Origin: an uncultured cyanobacterium
Lineage (GTDB): Bacteria > Cyanobacteriota > Cyanobacteriia > Cyanobacteriales > CAWUOF01
Direction of reading: 5' to 3'
Assembly (NCBI GenBank): GCA_963744145.1
Contig: CAVUSO010000001.1
Coordinates: 1,870,831 to 1,934,830, forward strand
DNA: 64,000 bases
The position numbers were made by a program, and so were the translations under genes. Below, one piece after another: positions 48,354-58,890 of this stretch (within the stretch, counting starts at the first letter, position 1; each line of letters opens with the position of its first letter). The notes beneath the pieces were generated by a model, which saw nothing but the letters and a program-made list of their open reading frames with translations, was not told the origin of the DNA and ran no database searches.

Positions 48354-49313
48354 ATGACAACTGCACTTAACCTTGCCGTCGAAACCAATATTTTGATCGT
48401 AGATGATAATCCTGACAATCTGCGGTTATTGACTAAAATCCTTGATTCCCATGGCTATATTGTCCGCAAATCTCTCAACGGGAAAATGGCCATCCAAGGT
48501 ATTCATCGGGCTCCTCCGGATTTAATTATCCTTGATATTAATATGCCGAATATGAATGGATATGAAGTGTGTCAACAGTTGAAAGCAAATGAGCTAACAG
48601 CAGGGATTCCCATTATTTTTATCAGTGCTTTTGATCAATTAGTAGAAAAGTTTCGCTCCTTTGAGCTAGGTGGGGTTGATTATATCACTAAACCCTTTCA
48701 TGAACAGGAAGTTTTGCTCCGAGTAAAAAATCAATTAATTATTCAACAACAAGGTCAACAATTGCAAAAACAGCACCAACTTTTAGAACAGGAAATCCAG
48801 CAACGTATTTGGTTTGAAACTCAAATAAAACAGCTTTGTCTAATTGATGGACTCACCCAATTATATAACCAAAAGGGTTTCTTTTTACTGGTAGAACAAC
48901 AATTAAAAATTGCCCGACGGATGTCAATTCCTTACTGTATTTTATACGCTTATTTAGATGGGTTAAAACCAATTAATGATCCTGGTGGACAGAAAATGAG
49001 AGACCAAATGATTGTTGATGCTGCTCAAATTCTCAAGCAAACCTTTCGTGATGCGGATATTGTGGCTCGAATAGGAGAAGATAGATTTGCTTTATTTCTG
49101 CCATTTTGTTCTGATAAGACCGATGATTTTTATGAGCGACTACAAGGTAATATGGCTAGATTTAATCAACAACATGATCGAGCTTTAATATCAATCAATC
49201 TTACTGTCCAGACTGCTGATTTTATTAATAATATTTCCCTTGAACAATTAGTAGCACAAATGGACAAATACAAGGAGTATCACCAAAACACGAAAACCTA
49301 TTTAAAGCGTTAA
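48354..49313 (+). CDS. response regulator with REC and degenerate GGDEF domain
   Basis: REC ILIVDDNPDNLR...DLIILDINMPNMNGYE...KPF. C-terminal GGDEF-like fold whose signature reads RIGEDRFAL instead of GG(D/E)EF. Confidence 0.7.
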   Translation: MTTALNLAVETNILIVDDNPDNLRLLTKILDSHGYIVRKSLNGKMAIQGIHRAPPDLIILDINMPNMNGYEVCQQLKANELTAGIPIIFISAFDQLVEKFRSFELGGVDYITKPFHEQEVLLRVKNQLIIQQQGQQLQKQHQLLEQEIQQRIWFETQIKQLCLIDGLTQLYNQKGFFLLVEQQLKIARRMSIPYCILYAYLDGLKPINDPGGQKMRDQMIVDAAQILKQTFRDADIVARIGEDRFALFLPFCSDKTDDFYERLQGNMARFNQQHDRALISINLTVQTADFINNISLEQLVAQMDKYKEYHQNTKTYLKR

Positions 49314-49389
49314 CCGGGAGCATTAATCACTCCCGTTCTAGGAAGATCAGTAAGATTAGTAATGTTGGAATTGAATTATATAAAACTCT

Positions 49390-51198
49390 ATGATGTTGAC
49401 TAGACAATCTGCTCCCATCAATATTCTTGTGATTGATGATACCCCAGATAATCTCAGGTTAATCTCCAAGATTATCGAATCAGAAGGATACATTGTCCGC
49501 AAAGCATTGAATGGTAGAATGGCACTCCAATCGGCTCAACGTAACCCACCGGACTTAATCTTATTAGATATCAATATGCCGGAAATGAATGGGTATGAAG
49601 TTTGTCAGCAATTAAAAGCTTCAAAAATCACCGCTCATATTCCGATTATTTTCATCAGTGCCCTGGCACAAATTAATGATAAAGTTAAAGCTTTCGATCT
49701 AGGCGGACAAGACTATATTACTAAACCTTTTCAAGAATTGGAAGTCCTGATCCGGATCAAAAATCAATTATTGATTCAACAACAACAGAAACACCTACTT
49801 GACCAGCAACAACTCCTAGCCCAAAAAAATCACCAACTAGAGCAAGAAGTTCAAGAACGTCAACGGGCAGAAATGGAAGTGAGACGCTTAAATTCTGATT
49901 TAGAACAACGAGTAGAAATCCGGACTTCTGAATTACAACAATCTTTAAATTTTGAAGCAACACTAAAACGGATTTCTGATAAAGTTCGTGATTCTTTAGA
50001 TCAGCATCAAATTCTCGAAACTGCGGTCAAAGAATTAGCTACTGCTTTAGCAGTTTATTGTTGTGATGCGGTGTTATATAGTCCTGACCATAAGTTATCA
50101 ATAATTCGCTACCAATATGTCCCATCTGGCTCAAATCCCAGTCAAGGACAACTTCTTTATCTGTATGATGCTCCGGAAATTTATAGACAATTACAAGATC
50201 AGCGATCGAACTTGGCTTTTTGTCAAATTGAACCTACTTCGATAGGGAATAACTCATCTATTTTAGCCTGTCCGGTTTTTGATGAACAGGTCGAGCAACT
50301 AGGAATTCTTGGTGATCTGTGGTTATTCAAAGACAAGGGTGATTATTTTAGTGATATGGAAATTCACCTAGTTCAACAGGTAGCAAATCAATGTGCGATC
50401 GCTCTGAGACAAGCGCGTCTTTATGAAGCAGCTCAACAACAGGTGCAAGAACTAGCACGCTTAAATCAACTTAAAGACGATTTTCTGAGTACGATTTCCC
50501 ATGAACTCCGGACTCCGATCGCCAACATGAAGATGGCTTTAAAGTTATTATTAAATATGGTTGAGCGGGGGAAAAATAGTGACCCAGAAAATTATAATTT
50601 GGCGCTTTTAAATGATAAAGCGGCTCAATATCTTGGGATTTTACAATCTGAGTGTGAACGAGAATTAAGCTTAATTGAAGACTTACTTAATTTACAACAT
50701 TTAGAGGCTGGAGTCTATCTTTTAAAAAATTCAACTATTCGCTTGGATCACTGGATTTATCATATTTTAGAAGGGTTTGAGATGCGGATGAAAACTCAAA
50801 AACAAACCCTTTCTGTCGAACTTCCGAATCAGACAACTTCCATCACAACTGATATTTCTAGTCTGAATCGGATTCTGATTGAACTGTTAACTAATGCTTG
50901 CAAATACACACCAGCAGGTGAAACGATTACAGTTAAAGCTGTACTAGAAACTGATCAACTAGAACTGCATATTAGTAATACTGGGGTGACCATTCCCCCC
51001 GCAGAATTAGAACGGATTTTTGATAAGTTTTACCGTATCCCCAATCACGATCCTTGGCAACATGATGGGACTGGATTGGGTTTAGCGATCGTCAAAAAAA
51101 TGATTGAGTATATGGGTGGTAATATTATTGCTAAAAGTGCCAACAATGTGACTGAATTTATCGTTTCCTGTCCTCTAGCAACTGATGCCAATGATTAG
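49390..51198 (+). CDS. hybrid response regulator / histidine kinase (REC, coiled coil, GAF, HisKA, HATPase)
   Basis: Its REC domain is a close paralog of the preceding gene's REC. H-box STISHELRTPIANM; G-box DGTGLGLAIV. Confidence 0.75.
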   Translation: MMLTRQSAPINILVIDDTPDNLRLISKIIESEGYIVRKALNGRMALQSAQRNPPDLILLDINMPEMNGYEVCQQLKASKITAHIPIIFISALAQINDKVKAFDLGGQDYITKPFQELEVLIRIKNQLLIQQQQKHLLDQQQLLAQKNHQLEQEVQERQRAEMEVRRLNSDLEQRVEIRTSELQQSLNFEATLKRISDKVRDSLDQHQILETAVKELATALAVYCCDAVLYSPDHKLSIIRYQYVPSGSNPSQGQLLYLYDAPEIYRQLQDQRSNLAFCQIEPTSIGNNSSILACPVFDEQVEQLGILGDLWLFKDKGDYFSDMEIHLVQQVANQCAIALRQARLYEAAQQQVQELARLNQLKDDFLSTISHELRTPIANMKMALKLLLNMVERGKNSDPENYNLALLNDKAAQYLGILQSECERELSLIEDLLNLQHLEAGVYLLKNSTIRLDHWIYHILEGFEMRMKTQKQTLSVELPNQTTSITTDISSLNRILIELLTNACKYTPAGETITVKAVLETDQLELHISNTGVTIPPAELERIFDKFYRIPNHDPWQHDGTGLGLAIVKKMIEYMGGNIIAKSANNVTEFIVSCPLATDAND

Positions 51199-51202
51199 CT
51201 CG

Positions 51203-51335
51203 GATTAGACCTCTTGCAAAAATAAATAGGACAGGCAAGATGCCTGTCCCACCAGAATAAATAACTTTTGTGGGACAGGCATCTTGCCTGTCAATAACAT
51301 AGATTAATAATAGGACAGGCAAGATGCCTGTCGAA
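51203..51335 (+). repeat. composite palindromic repeat (GACAGGCAAGATGCCTGTC x3) downstream of the kinase gene
   Basis: Palindrome copies at 51229-51250, 51272-51292 and 51313-51332, preceded by AGACCTCTTGCAAAA as in the 55537-55668 copy. Confidence 0.7.
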
Positions 51336-51348
51336 CCAAATTATCAAG

Positions 51349-51495
51349 TTATTTATTTTTTATTCCTGATGGACGACTTTTAGTCCTCTTGTCTAGGAGT
51401 TTTTCCTCTTGACGACGTCGGCGATCGCGCCACTCAGCCGCAGTCAAATAGACTACTCCACCAGTGACGAGGATCAGTAGTCCCAAGACTAGCAT
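51349..51495 (-). CDS. small membrane protein (48 aa), hypothetical
   Basis: MLVLGLLILVTGGVVYLTAAEWRDRRRRQEEKLLDKRTKSRPSGIKNK. Hydrophobic helix plus basic tail. Below the ORF-track length cut-off. Confidence 0.3.
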   Translation of the reverse strand: MLVLGLLILVTGGVVYLTAAEWRDRRRRQEEKLLDKRTKSRPSGIKNK

Positions 51496-51531
51496 GGCAA
51501 AAACTGTAACGACTGAATTTTCCACGATTCC

Positions 51532-51621
51532 CTAATAACCGTTACGACCCCAAACTACCATAGACATAGAAAAAGAAAAAACTACGAGTAACCCGACCCA
51601 ACCGAGTGTCAAAATGTCCAT
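51532..51621 (-). CDS. petN: cytochrome b6-f complex subunit VIII (PetN), 29 aa
   Basis: Reverse-strand [32 protein letters not shown] matches the highly conserved PetN sequence pattern (MDI..LGW......F..S.S.VVWGR.G). Missed by the ORF track because of its length. Confidence 0.75.
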   Translation of the reverse strand: MDILTLGWVGLLVVFSFSMSMVVWGRNGY

Positions 51622-51724
51622 TTTAGTTTCCACCTGTTGCTAATTAACTAATTTAATTTTCCCAGGGACTGGGGATGTACTCTAAGCATAATTGAATTTG
51701 CACAATATTCAGTAAGATTTTATC

Positions 51725-52195
51725 TTGAACCAATCCTCAGATTTTGATTTGATGACAGAAAAAATAGAATCTCTCAAAGCAGGGATTTGCGGTGGGTTAG
51801 CTCTGTTTTTGGCTTTTGGGGTCTTGACATGGGTCAATCATCTTCTATTGACCCCCTATTTTTCCGTCCTAGCCCGTCTAAATATCGTTCAAATAGACTT
51901 TACCCTGTTGATTAGTGGCGCGATCGCGGCAATTAGCGGTTTTTTATTTGGGATTACTTATCGTTATGTTATCCACCAAGATGACCAAAATACCCATCTC
52001 CAATCTGGTGTAGTGCTAGCATTTGGATTAGTCCGAGGGTTAGCTCAAGTTGATATGGGCCTAAATAACTATTGGCCTGATTTATGGCCATTAGTAGTCC
52101 TAGGATTAGAAAGTATATTTTTATTTGCGATCGCCCGTGTTCAGCTGGACCTAGCCCTCAAAGCCAAATGGATCAAACCTTTTCAATCACGTTAA
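51725..52195 (+). CDS. hypothetical membrane protein
   Basis: Multiple hydrophobic segments (GLALFLAFGVLTWV, LLISGAIAAISGFLFGI, LWPLVVLGLESIFLFAIA). Confidence 0.45.
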   Translation: MNQSSDFDLMTEKIESLKAGICGGLALFLAFGVLTWVNHLLLTPYFSVLARLNIVQIDFTLLISGAIAAISGFLFGITYRYVIHQDDQNTHLQSGVVLAFGLVRGLAQVDMGLNNYWPDLWPLVVLGLESIFLFAIARVQLDLALKAKWIKPFQSR

Positions 52196-52338
52196 ATTAG
52201 GTTGGAGATGTCAATAATTTGACATTTAAGTGGAGATTAAGTATATATGAGGTATTAATAATAACTTGCAAAATATCTAGTTTTACTTTAACCTAACTAA
52301 ACTGATTAACCTTGTAATGCTTCCCCCCGAGGACAAGC

Positions 52339-55197
52339 ATGATTTTGCCAAATCTAAAAGTTTTATTGGTAGAAAATAATTACCAAGATGTCCAGTTATT
52401 TAAGACAATCCTAGCGCGAGTTAGTTCTCATAAATTTTATCTAACTCATGTCACCACTGTAGCCGAAGCAATTGAGAGTCTAGCTTTATCATCATTTGCG
52501 GTGATCATGCTCAACTTGTGGTTACCAGATAGTCAAGGATTAGAAACCCTGAAACAGATCCGTCAAATTGCACCAAAATTACCAATCCTAGTGATCGGTG
52601 AAGGGAAGGACGAAGCGATCGCGATCAAAGTATTACAGGAAGGAGCCCAAGATTATCTAGAGAAAGAAGATCTAGATCACAAGCATTTATTGCGATCTGT
52701 GCTATATGCGATCGAGAGACAACAAATTTGGAATCAAGACCAAAAAACCCAGCAACAATTAGCGCAACAATTGTACCAGCTAGAACGCTCGGTGGCAAAA
52801 CATACCCGACAACTAGCCCAGGAAAAAACCATTCTCACAACTATCCTTGATGCGATCGGTGAAGGAATTTGTGTAAGTTTACCTGGGGGTCAAATTGTCC
52901 TACTGAATCCAGCTGCGGGAAACATTTATGGATTAGAGCCAGTTACTTGTTTACCCCTGAAAAATACTCAACTTCAGACGGAAAATAATCACCTATGTCC
53001 CAACATTTTTGATTATTTTAGCCAGATCAAAATTTGCCATCCTAACGGTAGAGTTTTCAGCCATACTGAACATCCCTTCAGTCGGACTCAAAGAGGAGAA
53101 ATATTTACAGATGAAGAGGTAGTAATTACTTGTGCCAATGGTGAACAAAAATGGTTGAGCATCAGCAGCACAGTGATTCGCGATATTCATGGGCAAATGC
53201 TATTAGGGATCAATACTAGTAGAAATATTACTTTAGCCAAATTAGCATCAGCCACAGTAACTCGAATCACCCAAGCAGTAGAAAGTAGTAGTGATGCGAT
53301 CGGAATTGCGGATTTGAATGGTAAAGCTAATTATCTCAATCAGGGATTTATTCAGCAATATGGGTATAATGTAGATGATCTCAATGAGATCGGTGGTACT
53401 TTAGCAATCTATACTCAAACGGAAATAGCTCAACAGGTTTTTACGGCACTCCACAACTGTAAATCCTGGAGTGGAGAAGTAGAGGTAAAAACTAAAAATG
53501 GTCAAATTGTGCCAACCCTACTTCAAGCTGACTGTATTGTCGATGAATTTGGTAATTGTATCGGGCTAATTAATGTTTTTACTAATATTAGCGATCGTAA
53601 AAAAGCCGAATCAGCATTACGATTAAGTCAATTTTGTTTAGATCGAGCAGCTGATCCAATTTTCTGGATTGGAGACAAGGGGCAATTTTTATACGTCAAT
53701 GATGCTGCTTGTAACCTGCTCAATTATTCTCAGTCTGAACTGTTATCAATGTCTCTAGGTGATCTAGAACCAGAATTATCTGAGGAAATTTTTCAACAAA
53801 CCTGGTTCACCCTCAAACAGTCGGGTTGTTTGATCAGAGAATCTTATATTCTGACTAAAGAGCAGGAATTATTGCCAGTAGAAATCACTGGAAATTATCT
53901 AGAATTCAATGGTAATATATATATCTGTGCCTTCGTGCGAGATATTTCTTCGCGGAAACGGATTGAGACAGAAATGCTGCAAGCTAAGGAAGCAGCAGAA
54001 GCAGGAAGTCGAGCAAAAAGTGAATTTTTAGCAACGATGAGCCATGAATTACGCACACCACTTAATTCGATTCTGGGATTGTCTGAATTATTGCAACAAG
54101 AAATTTTTGGTTTGCTCAGTTCTAAACAAAGAGAATATATTACCTGTATTCATAGTAGTGGCAAACATTTGTTATCGTTAATTAACGATATTCTTGATTT
54201 ATCCAAGGTTGAAGCTGGTAAAGAAGAAATTGTTTTTGTCCCCATTTCTATCCCGGAGTTATGTGAAGATTGTTTGAAGGTGATGAAAGAAAAAGCTAAT
54301 AAAAAAGGCTTAAAATTATTCAGTGAAATAGAACCATCTGCTCAGATTTGTATGGCAAATGAGCGTCGTTTGAAACAGATGCTATTAAATTTGCTGTCTA
54401 ATGCGATTAAATTTACGATCACTGGACAGGTTTCCCTGATCGTTAAAAAACATTCTCAAGGAATATTTTTTGCTGTTAATGATACGGGAATTGGGATTCC
54501 CAGAGAGAAAATACCATTATTATTTCAACCTTTTTATCAATTAGATAGTCGTCTTAGTCGTCAGTATGAAGGAACAGGTTTAGGGTTAGCACTAACTCGT
54601 CAATTAGCTCGTTTACATGGAGGAGATGTAACAGTAGAATCTACGTTAGGAGAAGGTTCTCAATTTACGATTTACTTACCAGAAAATCCGCAAGAGTCCA
54701 TTCATCTCTCCCATCTCCATGAAACTTCTCACCTAAATTCCCAGGAAATAGTCTATAATAAAGGATTTAATTTTGGTTTATCAGCCTCACGCTCTAATTT
54801 TCGTAGCACTATATTGATTGTTGAAGATGACAAGCATAGTGCTTTACTTTTGCAAGACTATTTTCAGGTACTTGGTCATTCCGTCCAGCATTTATTAGAT
54901 GGGAATAATTTTATTCAGCAGGTGAGAAAATGGCAACCAAATCTAATTTTATTAGATGTCTATTTACCAGGAAATTTTACTGGGTTAGAGCTATTAGCAG
55001 CACTGCGATCGGAACCGGATTTGCAGCAGATTATAGTCGTAATATATACCGCATCAGCGATGTCAGGCGATCGGGAACGTTTTTTAGCTGCTGGTGCGAA
55101 TGAATATCTCCGCAAACCAATCGGTATTGCTCACCTAGAGTCGCTGTTGTTAAAATATCTAGACTCTCCGCTAGAAAGTGATTTAAAACTAGGCTGA
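52339..55197 (+). CDS. multi-sensor hybrid histidine kinase (REC, PAS/PAC x3, HisKA, HATPase, REC)
   Basis: N-terminal REC VLLVENNYQD...D. H-box [15 protein letters not shown]-boxes NDTGIGI...GTGLGLAL. C-terminal REC ILIVEDDKHS...DVYLPG. Confidence 0.8.
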   Translation: MILPNLKVLLVENNYQDVQLFKTILARVSSHKFYLTHVTTVAEAIESLALSSFAVIMLNLWLPDSQGLETLKQIRQIAPKLPILVIGEGKDEAIAIKVLQEGAQDYLEKEDLDHKHLLRSVLYAIERQQIWNQDQKTQQQLAQQLYQLERSVAKHTRQLAQEKTILTTILDAIGEGICVSLPGGQIVLLNPAAGNIYGLEPVTCLPLKNTQLQTENNHLCPNIFDYFSQIKICHPNGRVFSHTEHPFSRTQRGEIFTDEEVVITCANGEQKWLSISSTVIRDIHGQMLLGINTSRNITLAKLASATVTRITQAVESSSDAIGIADLNGKANYLNQGFIQQYGYNVDDLNEIGGTLAIYTQTEIAQQVFTALHNCKSWSGEVEVKTKNGQIVPTLLQADCIVDEFGNCIGLINVFTNISDRKKAESALRLSQFCLDRAADPIFWIGDKGQFLYVNDAACNLLNYSQSELLSMSLGDLEPELSEEIFQQTWFTLKQSGCLIRESYILTKEQELLPVEITGNYLEFNGNIYICAFVRDISSRKRIETEMLQAKEAAEAGSRAKSEFLATMSHELRTPLNSILGLSELLQQEIFGLLSSKQREYITCIHSSGKHLLSLINDILDLSKVEAGKEEIVFVPISIPELCEDCLKVMKEKANKKGLKLFSEIEPSAQICMANERRLKQMLLNLLSNAIKFTITGQVSLIVKKHSQGIFFAVNDTGIGIPREKIPLLFQPFYQLDSRLSRQYEGTGLGLALTRQLARLHGGDVTVESTLGEGSQFTIYLPENPQESIHLSHLHETSHLNSQEIVYNKGFNFGLSASRSNFRSTILIVEDDKHSALLLQDYFQVLGHSVQHLLDGNNFIQQVRKWQPNLILLDVYLPGNFTGLELLAALRSEPDLQQIIVVIYTASAMSGDRERFLAAGANEYLRKPIGIAHLESLLLKYLDSPLESDLKLG

Positions 55198-55229
55198 AAA
55201 ACTAGGTTAGAGGATCAGCAAATATTCAG

Positions 55230-55460
55230 CAGATGACCCGTTGATGAAGTACAGTAAGATTGTGTGACAGGCAGCCTGTCCGATAAATTCGTCAGTTAAA
55301 GTCAATTGTGATTGATCTGTGTTGGTTGGGCGGGTTTATGATATTGATCTATTTGTGTCAGAATTAATTGGTGAACCCGCCCCTACAAATCCTGGTTGAT
55401 TGCGATCATAAATTCATCGACAATACATTTTTATGATCTTGATGAACCTTGTGTCGATGT
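55230..55460 (+). repeat. ~200-bp dispersed repeat with internal inverted repeat GGGCGGGTT/AACCCGCCC (copies at 58400-58610 direct and 33335-33410 inverted)
   Basis: Long shared strings such as ttggttgggcgggtttatgat...attggtgaacccgcccctacaaatcctggttgattg(c/t)gatcataaattcat. Confidence 0.7.
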
Positions 55461-55536
55461 TTCGACTACCCTTCGACTACGCTCAGGGCGAAGTCGAAGG
55501 GTAGTCGAGACATACCCCATCTGATCTCACAGACAA

Positions 55537-55668
55537 CACTAGACCTCTTGCAAAAGTCCTTATTGATCTATTTATTGACAGGCAAGATGCCTGTCCCACC
55601 AGAAAAAATCACTTTTGTGGGACAGGCATCTTGCCTGTCCTATTTATTTTTGCAAGAGGTCTACTGCA
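55537..55668 (+). repeat. MITE-like composite palindrome: AGACCTCTTGCAAAA ... GACAGGCAAGATGCCTGTCCCACC ... GGTGGGACAGGCATCTTGCCTGTC ... TTTTGCAAGAGGTCT
   Basis: Terminal inverted repeats and nested hairpins are visible directly. A variant lies at 51203-51335. Confidence 0.65.
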
Positions 55669-55719
55669 ATACTTCATAAATCGGTCATACGCTATAGGAG
55701 TTAACCTATTCATATTTAA

Positions 55720-58251
55720 TTAGCTATTAGTGGTTAATTTGGATAAATTAGCTTTTGTTGCTTGACTATAATTCCAGGCTTTAATTAAATTTCCTTTCAT
55801 CAGAGCTGCTATTCCCTTTAAAGCGAGGATTTCGGGTCGATTTGAATTAATAACAACATTTGAATTAAGCACAGTTTCGGCTGCGGTGGGACGAAAATCA
55901 TACAAATTGACAAAAGCAAGATAAGCATAAGCATAGGGATTTTGAGAATCGAGCTGAACGACTTTCTGTAAAGCTGCGATCGCTGGTTCTATTTTCCGTT
56001 GTAATGCTCTACTTAACGCTAAAGCATAAGTTAATTCTACATTGTCTGGCTCGAAATTTAACCGATATGCTAAGGTCTGCTCGGCTTGAATATAATAATT
56101 TTGATTTGGATCATATTGATTAATTCGAGCCATTTGGGCAAAGATCGGGATTAAACCTGTTAAACCTTGCGGTAAAGCAGCACCCATGGTGCGTAATTGG
56201 GTAACTAAATCTAATTCTAGTGCTGGGACTGGTGGTGCTTGAGGATCGATTTTGATGGTGACTGATGGTACTTTAATGGGATAGCTTTCTCCAGTTATTT
56301 GATTAAAATAAGTTGCTGCTATGGTATAATTACCAGGAATTAAATTAGTTCCTGGTGACATAGCCATTTGTTCAATTACTCGTACTGATTGACTAGGTTG
56401 ATTGGTGAAAGGATGAGGAGTTAAAGTACCTGTACCGATCGCCCGATCGTGCAACCATCGAGATTGATTTTGCTGAGTATGGTGCCAAGTTATTAATACA
56501 AAACCAGATTGTAATTGTTCCCAAGGACCTACCCATTGATAAGTAACGGGAATTGCTGCTCCAGGTGGTGCGATCGCAGGTACATTAACTTGCTCTAATT
56601 TAATTTGAGTGATCGTTTCTTTTAAGGGTTGAACTTGGACTGGTGGAGTCCGACGATGATAAAGTTTTAAGGTACTCTGATCTGGTAGTAACCAGCTTTT
56701 TTGAAGTTGGAATCCTGTTCCTGTTTCTACTGCTTGAGAGATAGTAGTTTGTGGTTCTAGAGGTACTGAACCTTGATTTCCAGTTTTGGTCAGAAACCAA
56801 GGTAAAGAGATAAAATCCTGGGGAACATCTTTTAATTTTACTCCGACTTGTCTGCCAGAAACTTGAAAATTTTGCAAAGCACCATAATAATTAATATTAT
56901 GTTGATTAATTTCTGCCGTTGATGGTAATACTCCGATATTAGAACTCAGATAAGGTTCAGTTTTAATTACTTCTTGAATAACTTCAGCATGGGGGAATGG
57001 TTGACCTAAATAAGCATAGCGTTGTGCTAATGGACTGAGCAATTGGACTAACCAAAAATCACCAATTGACCAGATATTTAGTAACATTAGGAGTAGGGAT
57101 AAACTAATGGTTCCCCAGCGGATTTTTTCTGCCCAACGACCAGTCCAACAAGTTAAACCGAATGCTAATAATAGAGCAATTTCTGGTAAGTAAGGTAATA
57201 CATACCGGGGATCTTTGTTAACATTGAGAGAACTTAAACCATAAGCACTGATGATAAAAACTATTAACCATTTCCAGGAAGTAGAAAAGTTTTCTTTCTG
57301 TTCAGCTTTGACTTGCGATCGCTTCCAACCATAAAAAATTAAACCAACAATGGGAACCAGTAATAAGGGCCAGGAAATTAAATAAGGTAATATTTTCCAG
57401 TAATAAATCCAAGAATTAAGAGTATCAAGTCCCGGTTCTCCTTTCGCGATCGCAGAGTCAATGGTCGCTCTTTTTCCCGAAGTAAGAATGATTAACCAAT
57501 TAATCCGATACCAAGGACCAAACACCAAGACTGATAAACCTAATCCACTGATTAACTGAGCTAAACGTTCCCAATATCGTTGTTGGATTGTGCTAATTAC
57601 TACCCAAGCTAAAGGTACAAATAAAAAGAAGATAAAGGTTTGTTTAACTAGCAATCCTAATCCAAAACATAACCCAAAAATTGCGGCTAATAACCATTCT
57701 TTTGGGCGATTTTTTACCGGAATTCCAGTATTCCACCATAGAGTAAGAATCCAAAAACTCAAGGTAACAATAGTTGTCAGGGGATAATCCAACAGAAAAT
57801 CTAATCTTACTCGAAATAACCCAGGCATTAGTATACATAATCCTGCTGCCCATAAAGCTATTTGTCGATTAAATAATTTGATTCCTAACCCATAAACTGA
57901 GATCAGTAAAATCGCACTAAACAATAGATAGACTAAAGTAGCTTGATCTTCTCCTAAACCAAATAAATTGAGGAAAGGAACAGTTAAGATATAGGTTAAA
58001 GGAGCCATTTTTGAGGATAACATCCAAAAATTAGTCCACCATTCCCCAGAAAACCATTGAGGATGTTGGAGAATTTGCCAATAGGTTAAAGAATTAGTTA
58101 AATGAGCAGCTTGATCCCAAGCAGGAACTGAATGATCAAAAGCAAACCAGATGCGATCGCTGATTGCTGACCCTAACCAAATTATCCCTAAAATTGCTAA
58201 ATCAACCAATTGGATATTTTTCTGATTAATCATTAAGTTTAATTTTGCCAT
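55720..58251 (-). CDS. GT39-family (PMT/ArnT-like) membrane glycosyltransferase with C-terminal TPR repeats
   Basis: 843 aa. N-terminal ~500 aa multi-pass membrane domain starting MAKLNLMINQKNIQLVDLAILGIIWLGSAISDRIWFAFDHSVPAWDQAAHL. C-terminal TPR-like repeats (AYAYLAFVNLYDF..., LALSRALQRKIEPAIAALQKVVQL). Confidence 0.7.
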   Translation of the reverse strand: MAKLNLMINQKNIQLVDLAILGIIWLGSAISDRIWFAFDHSVPAWDQAAHLTNSLTYWQILQHPQWFSGEWWTNFWMLSSKMAPLTYILTVPFLNLFGLGEDQATLVYLLFSAILLISVYGLGIKLFNRQIALWAAGLCILMPGLFRVRLDFLLDYPLTTIVTLSFWILTLWWNTGIPVKNRPKEWLLAAIFGLCFGLGLLVKQTFIFFLFVPLAWVVISTIQQRYWERLAQLISGLGLSVLVFGPWYRINWLIILTSGKRATIDSAIAKGEPGLDTLNSWIYYWKILPYLISWPLLLVPIVGLIFYGWKRSQVKAEQKENFSTSWKWLIVFIISAYGLSSLNVNKDPRYVLPYLPEIALLLAFGLTCWTGRWAEKIRWGTISLSLLLMLLNIWSIGDFWLVQLLSPLAQRYAYLGQPFPHAEVIQEVIKTEPYLSSNIGVLPSTAEINQHNINYYGALQNFQVSGRQVGVKLKDVPQDFISLPWFLTKTGNQGSVPLEPQTTISQAVETGTGFQLQKSWLLPDQSTLKLYHRRTPPVQVQPLKETITQIKLEQVNVPAIAPPGAAIPVTYQWVGPWEQLQSGFVLITWHHTQQNQSRWLHDRAIGTGTLTPHPFTNQPSQSVRVIEQMAMSPGTNLIPGNYTIAATYFNQITGESYPIKVPSVTIKIDPQAPPVPALELDLVTQLRTMGAALPQGLTGLIPIFAQMARINQYDPNQNYYIQAEQTLAYRLNFEPDNVELTYALALSRALQRKIEPAIAALQKVVQLDSQNPYAYAYLAFVNLYDFRPTAAETVLNSNVVINSNRPEILALKGIAALMKGNLIKAWNYSQATKANLSKLTTNS

Positions 58252-58299
58252 GTTTGATCTAAATTGAAATTATGAGGGTTTTTGAGAATAAAGTGATTG

Positions 58300-58610
58300 T
58301 TTTCCTTAATTAAGTCACCTGGACAAACTGTGGGACAGGCATCTTGCCTGTCGCTCGCTGATCAGCCGAACTCTTACTATCATTAGAATGATCCTGATTC
58401 AATGATTACAGCGGATGACCTATTAATGAAGTACAGTAAGATTTGGCATGAATGGTGTGGGACAGGCATCTTGCCTGTCAGAGATTGTGATTGATCGGTG
58501 TTGGTTGGGCGGGTTTATGATGGTGATCTGCTTGGAGCAGAATTGATTGGTGAACCCGCCCCTACAAATCCTGGTTGATTGTGATCATAAATTCATTATC
58601 TTTTTTATAA
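58300..58610 (+). repeat. repeat-rich intergenic block (two GGGACAGGCATCTTGCCTGTC palindromes plus a copy of the ~200-bp repeat)
   Basis: Direct sequence comparison with 55230-55460 and 51203-51335. Confidence 0.7.
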
Positions 58611-58890
58611 AAAATACCAGATCCGAACACATTTATCACCTGTAGGGTTACCGATTAATTACGATACACACAAATAACCCTTGTGCCGAGCGCAGTCGAG
58701 GTATTGATGAACCCGCACAACCTCACAGATCACCAATCATGAACTCACTCGATCTGACATCACAGACTTCATCAATCGGTTATACGCTGTATATACACAC
58801 ATATTGATTAGGTAAGTTGTTGCGATCGGAGTTGACACTTAGGGTGCAGAATCTGGGAAATATAGATAAATATATCAACCAGTAACCGAT

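Noticed and set aside
55449-55679. 76-aa ORF
   Set aside because: Falls entirely within the composite palindromic MITE.
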